A DNA stretch of 64,000 bases from an uncultured SAR86 cluster bacterium (lineage in GTDB: Bacteria; Pseudomonadota; Gammaproteobacteria; Magnimaribacterales; D2472), in contig CACDVW010000002.1 of the NCBI GenBank assembly GCA_902556355.1, forward strand, positions 10,462-74,461, read 5' to 3'. Below the pieces are notes generated by a model. The model searched no databases. It was not told the DNA's origin and worked only from the letters and a program-made list of their open reading frames with translations. Both the position numbers and the translations under genes were made by a program. Below are positions 45,286 to 53,227 of the stretch, one piece after another (the first letter of the stretch is position 1; each line of letters begins with the position of its first letter).

Positions 45286-45564
45286 ATGAATAAATACATT
45301 AAATCAAAACTAGTTTTATTTTTTGGAATTTTTTTCATTGCATCTCTTTCTGCTGATCCATTACTTCATGATCATATTGACGAGCATGAATCTGAATCTA
45401 TTGTTGAATGTCAACTTTGCGAAAACAAGACTGTTGATCTTAAAAATTCAGATTCAGAAATCAGCGAATTAATCCAAATTTCTTTTGTTGAAGAGTTAAC
45501 CCCTGATAATTCTTCTTTTAAAGACACAAGCAACTATCTATCTCGAGCTCCACCAAAAAAATAA
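45286..45564 (+). CDS. Small secreted protein with HDHIDEH and CQLC motifs (92 aa)
   Basis: Signal-peptide-like N-terminus (LVLFFGIFFIASLSA), then DPLLHDHIDEHESESIVECQLC. It lies 5 nt after adh and 41 nt before the His-rich receptor. No SD sequence, so the coding call is moderate. Confidence 0.55.
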   Translation: MNKYIKSKLVLFFGIFFIASLSADPLLHDHIDEHESESIVECQLCENKTVDLKNSDSEISELIQISFVEELTPDNSSFKDTSNYLSRAPPKK

Positions 45565-45605
45565 ATTTTTTAGATTTTAAATTTTTATTTTTTTAAGGAG
45601 TTCTT

Positions 45606-47858
45606 ATGAAAAAACTTTTAAGCACACTAATAATAATAGGTGCTATACACACAAACGAAATTGCTTCACAGGATGTTGAAGAGATTATCGTGGTTACGTC
45701 TGCTTTGATAGACACAACCGAAATTACAAACCCATTGTACGTTATAGACGGCGATGAGATTATCGATGATGCAACAACAAGCCTAGGAGATGCTATTGAT
45801 AGCTATCTTGGAGTTTCTATTGCAGATTATGGTGCTGCTGTTGGACAGCCAATAATTAGAGGCATGTCAGGTCCTAGAGTAAAAATTCTAAAAAATGGAA
45901 TGGTGAATAGAGATGTTTCTGGTCTTGGTGCAGATCACTTAAATGATGTTGATCTTAATGATATTGAACAAATAGAAATTGTTAAGGGTCCATCCTCATT
46001 ACTATATGCCAATGGAACTATTGGGGGAATCATTAATGTTGTAGATGACTGCATCGCAGCAATAAATTACGAGCTTCCTGAATTGAAAGTTGGTTATGAA
46101 ACTCAATCAGTGAATGATGGTTCATCTGAATTCATTAACTTTAAAAATAATTTCAATGGCTTTAACGTTAACTTTGGTTATAAAAATACTGAATTTGGAA
46201 ATTATGATATTCCCAATGGTGCGATAATGCATGAAGAGGAAGATCACGATGATCATGGTGATGAAGAACATCACGACGAAGATGAGCATGAAGAAAATCT
46301 CGGATTTGTTAATAATTCTGACTTTGCTGTAGAGGCTACGAAATTTGGTATTTCAAGAGCAGGTGACTGGGGTTATGTTGGTGTTTCAGTGGACAACCTT
46401 GAAAGTTTATATGGAATCCCTTTCCATGGTGACGATCATGGTGACGAACATGGAGATGAGCATGATGAGGATGAACATCACGACGAAGATGAGCATGATG
46501 AGGATGAGCATCACGATGAACATGGTGAGGAAAGAATTTTCTCAACAACAGATTCTGAAAGCTTTACTATAAAAGGTTCCTATAATGTTAATGGCAATTT
46601 AGTTAACAAAATTGACTATACATATAGAGATACTGAGTACACCTTAACTGAAGCGCATGCCGAAGAAGAGGGACATGATGAACATGAAGACGAAGAGGAA
46701 CATGAAGAACATGCTCCAACAGTTTTTGCTAACAATGCCACTGAATATGGTGCGATTTTTGATATCTCAAATGACATAAGAACTCAAAAATTATCATTTA
46801 ATTATGTTGATGAAGATTCTTCAATAGTTGGAGAAGAGGCATTCATGAATCCCGCAAATAATGAAGTTCTAACACTTGGTTATTTTTTAGGTCAAGATTT
46901 TGATATGTTTCATCTAGATTTGGGAATTAGATTAGATCAAGTTACAAGAACTGGAAGCGTTACTGATGAAGATCATGGCGATGTAGATAATTTTACTATC
47001 GATGATGATGTTTCAAGCTTTGCTGTCAGTATTGGAAGAGATCTTTCTGATACATTAGAGTTAAATCTCGGCTTTTCTAGCGTAGAGAGACTGCCATCTG
47101 TAATTGAATTATTTATGAATGGTCCTCATATGGCTACAGGTAGATTTGAAGTTGGAGATCCTACACTAAGTTCTGAAACTTCTAATAATTTTGATATTTC
47201 ATTAAATTTTGATAATGGAGAATATTTTGCAAGTGCAAGCTTCTTTATTAACGATGTAGATAACTATATTGCTTTAATTGATGAAGATGAAGACCATGAA
47301 GATGAGCATCATGAGGAAGAGCATCATGAAGATGAAGAAGAGCATCATGAAGATGAAGACGATCATGCAGACGAGCATGTTCATGGTCATGGCAATCTTA
47401 TTCATGCCAATTATGTTCAAGAAGATGCTGAGTTTGATGGATACGAAATTGAATTTGGAAGAACATTTGATTTAGGCGCTGGTGAAATGACATTATCTTT
47501 TGGTAGAGATGTTGTAAATGCTCAATTTACAGATGGTCATAACGTACCAAGAATAAATCCTGCAAGAAATGTTTATTCACTTTCATATGCTCAAGATGAC
47601 ATAGTCTTTAAGTTACATTTAAAAGATGTTGAAAAACAAAATGATGTTGGTGAAGGCGAAACAGCTACTGCCGGATATCAAATGCTGGACACAAGACTGA
47701 CTAAGACATTTGATTTAAGTGGAAAAAGTAAGCTTAAAGTTTCACTATTTGGAAGAAACCTTCTAGATGAGGTTGCAAGAAATCATGCTTCTTTTGTTAA
47801 AAATGAAGTTCCTCTTCCAGGAAGAAACTATGGAATTAAATTTAATTTAACTTACTAA
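45606..47858 (+). CDS. TonB-dependent outer-membrane receptor with four His/Asp/Glu-rich insertions (putative metal receptor)
   Basis: AAGGAG SD; signal peptide; TonB-box-like EEIIVVTS; plug (IEIVKGPSSLLYANGTIGGIINV); C-terminal barrel ending NYGIKFNLTY. His-rich patches lie at 46227-46296, 46425-46532, 46656-46712 and 47280-47405. Confidence 0.88.
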   Translation: MKKLLSTLIIIGAIHTNEIASQDVEEIIVVTSALIDTTEITNPLYVIDGDEIIDDATTSLGDAIDSYLGVSIADYGAAVGQPIIRGMSGPRVKILKNGMVNRDVSGLGADHLNDVDLNDIEQIEIVKGPSSLLYANGTIGGIINVVDDCIAAINYELPELKVGYETQSVNDGSSEFINFKNNFNGFNVNFGYKNTEFGNYDIPNGAIMHEEEDHDDHGDEEHHDEDEHEENLGFVNNSDFAVEATKFGISRAGDWGYVGVSVDNLESLYGIPFHGDDHGDEHGDEHDEDEHHDEDEHDEDEHHDEHGEERIFSTTDSESFTIKGSYNVNGNLVNKIDYTYRDTEYTLTEAHAEEEGHDEHEDEEEHEEHAPTVFANNATEYGAIFDISNDIRTQKLSFNYVDEDSSIVGEEAFMNPANNEVLTLGYFLGQDFDMFHLDLGIRLDQVTRTGSVTDEDHGDVDNFTIDDDVSSFAVSIGRDLSDTLELNLGFSSVERLPSVIELFMNGPHMATGRFEVGDPTLSSETSNNFDISLNFDNGEYFASASFFINDVDNYIALIDEDEDHEDEHHEEEHHEDEEEHHEDEDDHADEHVHGHGNLIHANYVQEDAEFDGYEIEFGRTFDLGAGEMTLSFGRDVVNAQFTDGHNVPRINPARNVYSLSYAQDDIVFKLHLKDVEKQNDVGEGETATAGYQMLDTRLTKTFDLSGKSKLKVSLFGRNLLDEVARNHASFVKNEVPLPGRNYGIKFNLTY
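46455..46520 (+). repeat. Tandem 33-nt (11-codon) duplication encoding DEHDEDEHHDE x2 inside the receptor
   Basis: 46455-46487 and 46488-46520 differ at 2 positions. Confidence 0.9.
47319..47360 (+). repeat. Tandem 21-nt (7-codon) duplication encoding EHHEDEE/D x2 inside the receptor
   Basis: 47319-47339 and 47340-47360 differ at 1 position. Confidence 0.9.
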
Positions 47859-47883
47859 ATTAGATTTTTTCAATTAATATAGG

Positions 47884-47918
47884 CCCCCAAACTTTAAATA
47901 AGGTTTGGGGGTTTTTTT
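47884..47918 (+). terminator. Rho-independent terminator after the His-rich receptor
   Basis: CCCCCAAAC (47884-47892) pairs with GTTTGGGGG (47903-47911), followed by T7 (47912-47918). Confidence 0.85.
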
Positions 47919-47924
47919 AATATT

Positions 47925-48329
47925 ATGAAATCACAACTTACATCAGATAAATTTGCAATGTCGTTTTCAGCTATATGCATGATTCATTGCCTATTTGCTC
48001 CATCTTTAATAATTTTTTCATATAGCTCTTTGGCATTAACTGTCGAAAGTGAGCTTATTCATAAAGCTATATTGCTTTTAACTATTCCAGTTAGCATCTT
48101 TGCAATTAGCTTGGGATATAAAAATCATTCAAATAACTCCATTATTTATACTGGCATTGCTGGATTAACAATTCTTATTTCAGCGCTCTTAGTTGGAGAA
48201 AGTATTGGTGAAAATGCAGAACTAATTTTAACTATTATTGGTTCACTGATGGTAATTGCATGTCATTACAGAAACTATCGAATCTGTAAAAAAGTAAATT
48301 GTGACTGTCACGAAACTTCAGAAGCTTAA
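47925..48329 (+). CDS. Small 4-TM membrane protein with Cys/His motifs, MerC-like
   Basis: 134 aa. The N-terminal DKFAMSFSAICMIHCLFAP resembles, from my memory, the LCxxHCxxxP start of MerC-domain proteins. Four hydrophobic segments, ACHY in the last TM, cytoplasmic tail CDCH. No HMM was run. Confidence 0.55.
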   Translation: MKSQLTSDKFAMSFSAICMIHCLFAPSLIIFSYSSLALTVESELIHKAILLLTIPVSIFAISLGYKNHSNNSIIYTGIAGLTILISALLVGESIGENAELILTIIGSLMVIACHYRNYRICKKVNCDCHETSEA

Positions 48330-48405
48330 AATTTTAAATTCTAAAATTTTCATTAATTACTTTCATAGCAAATATATTGTAGAATGCGCTCTTTTACGTC
48401 ATAAC

Positions 48406-50997
48406 ATGATTAAACATATTAAATTCATATACTTATTATTATTAAGTCCATTCATCATGGCTAACTCAAATGTTGAAGAGATAGTTACAACTGGGTCATT
48501 AATTAATAATTCAGAAAAAGATGCATCACCAGTAAATGTTATAACTAAAGAAGATTTTGAAAATTTTAATATTTCTAATTTTGCAGAAATTAGCAAATAC
48601 CTAACATCATCATCTGGTTCGCATTTCCAAACAAATGCACTTGAGGGAGTTGATCAAGGAATGGCCTCAATAACCTTAAGAGGTTTAGATCACTCCTCTA
48701 CTCTGCTGCTACTTAATTCAAAGAGACATACTTTTGCTGGAACACCCTCAAATCAAGGTGAAGGATACATAGATGTAAACATAGTTCCTGAAATAGCAAT
48801 CAAGCAAATTGAAGTTTTAAAAGAAGGAGCTACTTCACTATATGGATCTGATGCCGTTGCAGGTGTTGTAAATGTTTTAACTCAGAAAGATTTTGAAGGA
48901 TTTAAATTAAGAATTAATAACTTTGAAACTTTAAATTATAGTCAGAGTGATAAATCTTTAGGTTTATTAGTAGGATCAAATTACAAAAATGGTAGCTACG
49001 TATTTGGTCTTAATATACTAGAAAGATCAGCTCTGTCTGCCTCTGAAATACCTGGAATAGCAGAACTTGGTCTTAGTGGCTTAGGTAAAACCTTTAAAAT
49101 TTCTTCTGATGATACGGTTAGTGACGGTTTATATTCAGGTAATTATAATGCTAATCAATTTGTACCTGACCCTGAATGTGAGGCAAATGGAGGCGTATTA
49201 GATGGATCTTTTTGCAGATTCTTATACGGTACCAGATTTAATATAGTGAATGATGAAGATCATTCCAAGGCATATGCCAATTTATTGTTTGAAAGAAGCA
49301 ATTATGTTTATGAGATAACCTTTATGGGATCAGCTGTTGAAGTAAATGATAACCCTCAATCACCCTCATACCCCGCTCTTCCTTTTTTATCGAGACAAAT
49401 TCAACCAAATCAAGGTGGAAATCCTTTTAATGTCCCAGTTACTTGGTATGGACGCCCTCTTGGATCTGAATTTGATTCCCCATATTCTCCTAAGGATATA
49501 AAACAATATAATCTTAGTCAGACAATCAATACTAATATTAATGAAAGCACTGAACTAGAGGCCTCTTTAACTACTAGCAGTCACTCTAATGATCATTACA
49601 GGCCAGATATTATCGATTCGAGGTTCCTAGAAGCATTAAATGGTACAACCATGGGACAATCTAATGGAAGTCTTATGTATTGGAATATTTTTGATTCATC
49701 TCAAAATTCTCAAGATTTAATTGATTATGTAAAAGGTGCAGAGGTTTCGTCAAAAGAAGCATCTTTAACAACTCTTGATTTTATATTTAGAACTAACATA
49801 GATAACTACGAAATTGCTTATGGTCTTCAGCTGAATGATGAAGAGCTTAAAATTTCATACGATGATGTTAGTAGAGCTCAGTTTGATTCAGATGGCAAAA
49901 TTATTAAATCAGCAGATCTATTCTTTTTGGGTGGAGGTATAAATGTCTCAAAAAATAGAAATAAATATGCTGGTTTTTTTGAAATTCAGCCCAAGCCAAT
50001 AGAAAAAATTGATATCAAAATTGCTGGTAGATTTGAAGAGTTTGAGAATGACTCATCATTTGACCCTAAAATCTCTTTTAAATATATCGCATCTGAAAAT
50101 ATAACTTTAAGGGCTTCTAGAAGTTCATCTTTTTCTATGCCCTCCATGGCACAAATGTTTTCAAGTGATATTAACCTAGGAAGCGTAAGAGACTTTGACG
50201 GCAATTCACCATTTGTTAGGCAAGCACAAATCGGTAACCCAAACCTTAAACCTGCAACCTCTAAAAATTTAAATATTGGACTTATTTATGAAAATCAAAA
50301 ACATAGACTCAGTATTGATTATTGGAATATCGATTACAAAAATAGAATAGAGGCTCAAAGTGCACAAGTAATTCTTAATACAGACCCAAATGGTCCAAGT
50401 ATTACAAGAAATTCTAATGGCGATTTAATTGGAGTCACGACAACCTATTTCAATGAAGAGTCAACTGAAGTTTCAGGAGTTGATATAAGTTTTAATAGAC
50501 TTTTAGCAAGCTCAGATAAATTTGGAAATGTATCACTATCAGTAAACTCAACAACTTTAATAGAATTTCTTACACCAGCTCTTGGAAATGAAGGTGGTGA
50601 AATCATGATAAATAGAGTTGGTAAATTTAATTACGATACTAATACCCATTCTCTTCCCAAAAATAGAATCAATGCTTTTTTAAATTGGAATTATCAAGAT
50701 TACGATATTAATTTAAATTCACGATATATTGATGGGTATAGCAATGAGCGGCCGATTAATAGTCTTGGAACATCATATGGATATAACAATTCTGTAGATT
50801 CATTTTTTGTTCATGACCTTTCAGTAAAAAAATTGTTAATAACAAATAAAGGTGAAATTGATATCAAGCTATCGGTCATTAATGTTTTTGATGAGGCAGC
50901 TCCAAGACTTTATGACGCTCCAGATTTTAGCTTTGATACAAGGGTTCATGATCCAAGAGGAAGAATTATTGGTATAAGTTTTGAGTATAGAAACTAA
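48406..50997 (+). CDS. TonB-dependent outer-membrane receptor (863 aa)
   Basis: Start placed at MIKHIKFIYLLLLSPFIMA (signal peptide). TonB box EEIVTTGS, plug IEVLKEGATSLYGSDAVAGVVNV, long barrel. The ORF-track start at 48301 overlaps the previous gene. Confidence 0.85.
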   Translation: MIKHIKFIYLLLLSPFIMANSNVEEIVTTGSLINNSEKDASPVNVITKEDFENFNISNFAEISKYLTSSSGSHFQTNALEGVDQGMASITLRGLDHSSTLLLLNSKRHTFAGTPSNQGEGYIDVNIVPEIAIKQIEVLKEGATSLYGSDAVAGVVNVLTQKDFEGFKLRINNFETLNYSQSDKSLGLLVGSNYKNGSYVFGLNILERSALSASEIPGIAELGLSGLGKTFKISSDDTVSDGLYSGNYNANQFVPDPECEANGGVLDGSFCRFLYGTRFNIVNDEDHSKAYANLLFERSNYVYEITFMGSAVEVNDNPQSPSYPALPFLSRQIQPNQGGNPFNVPVTWYGRPLGSEFDSPYSPKDIKQYNLSQTINTNINESTELEASLTTSSHSNDHYRPDIIDSRFLEALNGTTMGQSNGSLMYWNIFDSSQNSQDLIDYVKGAEVSSKEASLTTLDFIFRTNIDNYEIAYGLQLNDEELKISYDDVSRAQFDSDGKIIKSADLFFLGGGINVSKNRNKYAGFFEIQPKPIEKIDIKIAGRFEEFENDSSFDPKISFKYIASENITLRASRSSSFSMPSMAQMFSSDINLGSVRDFDGNSPFVRQAQIGNPNLKPATSKNLNIGLIYENQKHRLSIDYWNIDYKNRIEAQSAQVILNTDPNGPSITRNSNGDLIGVTTTYFNEESTEVSGVDISFNRLLASSDKFGNVSLSVNSTTLIEFLTPALGNEGGEIMINRVGKFNYDTNTHSLPKNRINAFLNWNYQDYDINLNSRYIDGYSNERPINSLGTSYGYNNSVDSFFVHDLSVKKLLITNKGEIDIKLSVINVFDEAAPRLYDAPDFSFDTRVHDPRGRIIGISFEYRN

Positions 50998-51006
50998 TAT
51001 TCAATA

Positions 51007-52482
51007 ATGAATAATCTTAAAAGCACTATCTCTCAAGTCATTGAAGAAAATTTAATTTCTACTGAATGGAGTGACGCGGTTAATGAAGAAGTTAAAGACC
51101 TAAACTTAAGTATCAATGATCATCAAAGGAAAGATCTAACTAAAGTACCTTTTGTAACTATCGACGGTGCCGATGCCAAGGATTTTGATGATGCTGTTTT
51201 TTGTAATTTAAATGATTCTGGATTTTTACTTAATGTAGCCATTGCCGATGTTGCTGAATTAGTCAATGAAGATTCATACCTTGATCAGGAAGCTAAAAAA
51301 AGGGGAACATCAATTTACTTCCCATCTAAGGTAATACCAATGCTTCCAGAAAAAATTTCCAATAATTTATGTTCTTTGGTACCAGATGAGATTCGAAATG
51401 TTTTGGTGAGTGAAATAAATTTTTCATTAGATGGCTCAATAAAATCATACAGATTCTTTCAAGCCAAAATCATGTCACACAAAAGAATGACATACGCAGA
51501 AGTAGAAGAATATATCAAAAATAATAACTCCAATGTTTCAAAAAAAATAAAAACCTCTCTAGATGCACTTAATCTTCTTACAAAAAATTTATTAGTTAAA
51601 AGAAGTCAAAGGAAAGCATTAGAAATTGAAGGTAATGAACCCATACTAAGCATAGATGAAGATGGAAAGGTTTCTAGTATTGATTTACCGCGTAGGCTAT
51701 ACGCCCATCAAATGATTGAAGAATCTATGCTAGCAGCAAATGTTTGTGCAGCTAACTTCATGCATAAACACTATAAATTTGGAGTTTACAGGGTTCATGA
51801 AAAACCTGAGGAATTAAAACTTGAAAGTCTAAAATCTTTTTTTTCATTAAAAGGTTTTTCAAGCAAAAATAATGACACTCCTCTTACCTTAATTAACAAA
51901 TGTCTTCAATTTTCATCAAAAAATAAATTAAATAAAGTTCTTCAAACTGTTGTTTTGCAGAGTTTAAAAAGAGCTGAATATTCAATCAAAGAAATTGGCC
52001 ATTTTGGATTACAGCTTGATAGATACTCACACTTCACCTCACCAATCAGAAGATATCCTGATTTAATGGCTCATAGATTAATAAAGAATATTATTAATAA
52101 AGGTAATTTAGATATTAACAAAGATAAAATTGAAGAGATTTGCGGTGAGATGTCAGAACTTGAGAGAAATGCTGAAAAATCTTCTAGACAAGTTGTTCAG
52201 CAAATGATTTGTCATCATTTAAAAAAATATATTGGTCATGAGTTCAGTAGTACTGTAACAGGCATAACAGATTTTGGACTGTTTGCCGAAATAGATAATT
52301 TTTATGTATCTGGTTTAATTCATGTTGCAGACTTGCCAGGAGATAGATATTTTTATGATAAAGATGCTAATCTATTAAAAGGCAAAAGAACTGGTAGGGT
52401 TTATAGGCTGGGTCAAGACATAAAAATTAAAATCGTGAATGTACTTCCATCCGAGAGAAAAATTACTTTGATACCATGCTAA
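51007..52482 (+). CDS. rnr: RNB-family 3'-5' exoribonuclease (RNase R/II-like), RNB + S1 domains only
   Basis: 491 aa. VTIDGADAKDFDDAV and HFGL...YSHFTSPIRRYPD are RNB motifs, followed by a C-terminal S1 fold. It is followed by rlmB as rnr is in E. coli. Confidence 0.85.
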   Translation: MNNLKSTISQVIEENLISTEWSDAVNEEVKDLNLSINDHQRKDLTKVPFVTIDGADAKDFDDAVFCNLNDSGFLLNVAIADVAELVNEDSYLDQEAKKRGTSIYFPSKVIPMLPEKISNNLCSLVPDEIRNVLVSEINFSLDGSIKSYRFFQAKIMSHKRMTYAEVEEYIKNNNSNVSKKIKTSLDALNLLTKNLLVKRSQRKALEIEGNEPILSIDEDGKVSSIDLPRRLYAHQMIEESMLAANVCAANFMHKHYKFGVYRVHEKPEELKLESLKSFFSLKGFSSKNNDTPLTLINKCLQFSSKNKLNKVLQTVVLQSLKRAEYSIKEIGHFGLQLDRYSHFTSPIRRYPDLMAHRLIKNIINKGNLDINKDKIEEICGEMSELERNAEKSSRQVVQQMICHHLKKYIGHEFSSTVTGITDFGLFAEIDNFYVSGLIHVADLPGDRYFYDKDANLLKGKRTGRVYRLGQDIKIKIVNVLPSERKITLIPC

Positions 52483-52495
52483 GATTTATCAGAAA

Positions 52496-53218
52496 ATGAG
52501 TAAAAAAGAAAATGTCTCGAGAGTAGGTTTTCATAGCATTGAAAGCATTCTTGAAAATAATCCCCATAAAATAAAGAAAGTTACTTTACCGGCAAAAAGA
52601 AACGATCAAAGAATTTCTTCACTAATTCTTGCATTGGAAAAGAATAATATTAATTACGATTTATCGTCAAAACTAAAACAAGAGCCTGAAGCAATAATTT
52701 CTAATGAAAATGAGTTAAATTTTAAAGACCTTAAAAGTTTTATTAGCTCAGGAATAAATAATCCTCTTATTTTAATTCTTGATAACATTATTGATCCAAG
52801 AAACCTTGGTGCTTGCATAAGATCAGCTGCAGTAATTGGAGTTGATGCACTTATTATTAATAAACATCATTGCGCTCCAATAAATGCTATTGCTCATAAA
52901 GTCTCGGTTGGGGGTGCTGAGGTTATTAAAATTTTTTATGTAACAAATCTTGTTAATTGTTTAAAATTTCTCAAGGAATCAAATATTGGTATATACGGCC
53001 TAAGCGAACATGCAAAAGAAAGTCACTTAGAATGTAATTTTACGAATCCAAGTGCAATTATAATGGGTGCAGAAGAATCTGGTATAAGAGAAAAGACCTT
53101 AGAAAGCTGCGACTTTAAAATTAATCTAAGCAATAATAAACTATTTAAAAGCTTTAATGTTTCTGTTGCAACTGGGATAATACTCTCCGAGGCTAATAGG
53201 CAGCGTCATATAAAATAA
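52496..53218 (+). CDS. rlmB: 23S rRNA (guanosine-2'-O)-methyltransferase, SpoU/TrmH family
   Basis: 240 aa; LDNIIDPRNLGACIRSA and MGAEESGIR motifs; rnr-rlmB synteny. Confidence 0.85.
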   Translation: MSKKENVSRVGFHSIESILENNPHKIKKVTLPAKRNDQRISSLILALEKNNINYDLSSKLKQEPEAIISNENELNFKDLKSFISSGINNPLILILDNIIDPRNLGACIRSAAVIGVDALIINKHHCAPINAIAHKVSVGGAEVIKIFYVTNLVNCLKFLKESNIGIYGLSEHAKESHLECNFTNPSAIIMGAEESGIREKTLESCDFKINLSNNKLFKSFNVSVATGIILSEANRQRHIK

Positions 53219-53227
53219 AAAATATAA

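Noticed and set aside
46336-47475. Alternative-frame and antisense ORFs in the His-rich regions (46336-46548 minus, 46345-46572 plus, 47278-47475 plus) encoding His- or Met-rich peptides
   Set aside because: This is a by-product of the GAT/GAA/CAT codon repeats, which stay open in other frames. The receptor frame is continuous with plug and barrel motifs on both sides.
48301-48405. A 35-aa N-terminal extension of the second receptor starting at an alternative start codon
   Set aside because: It overlaps the end of the MerC-like gene and has no signal peptide. The Met at 48406 gives a normal signal peptide and TonB box.
39188-51006. Search for a mobile element, integrase, direct repeats of the tRNA-Thr 3' end, CRISPR array or defence genes in the accessory block
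   Set aside because: None was found. All ORFs are accounted for by envelope or metabolic proteins, and there are no repeat-spacer arrays anywhere in the window.
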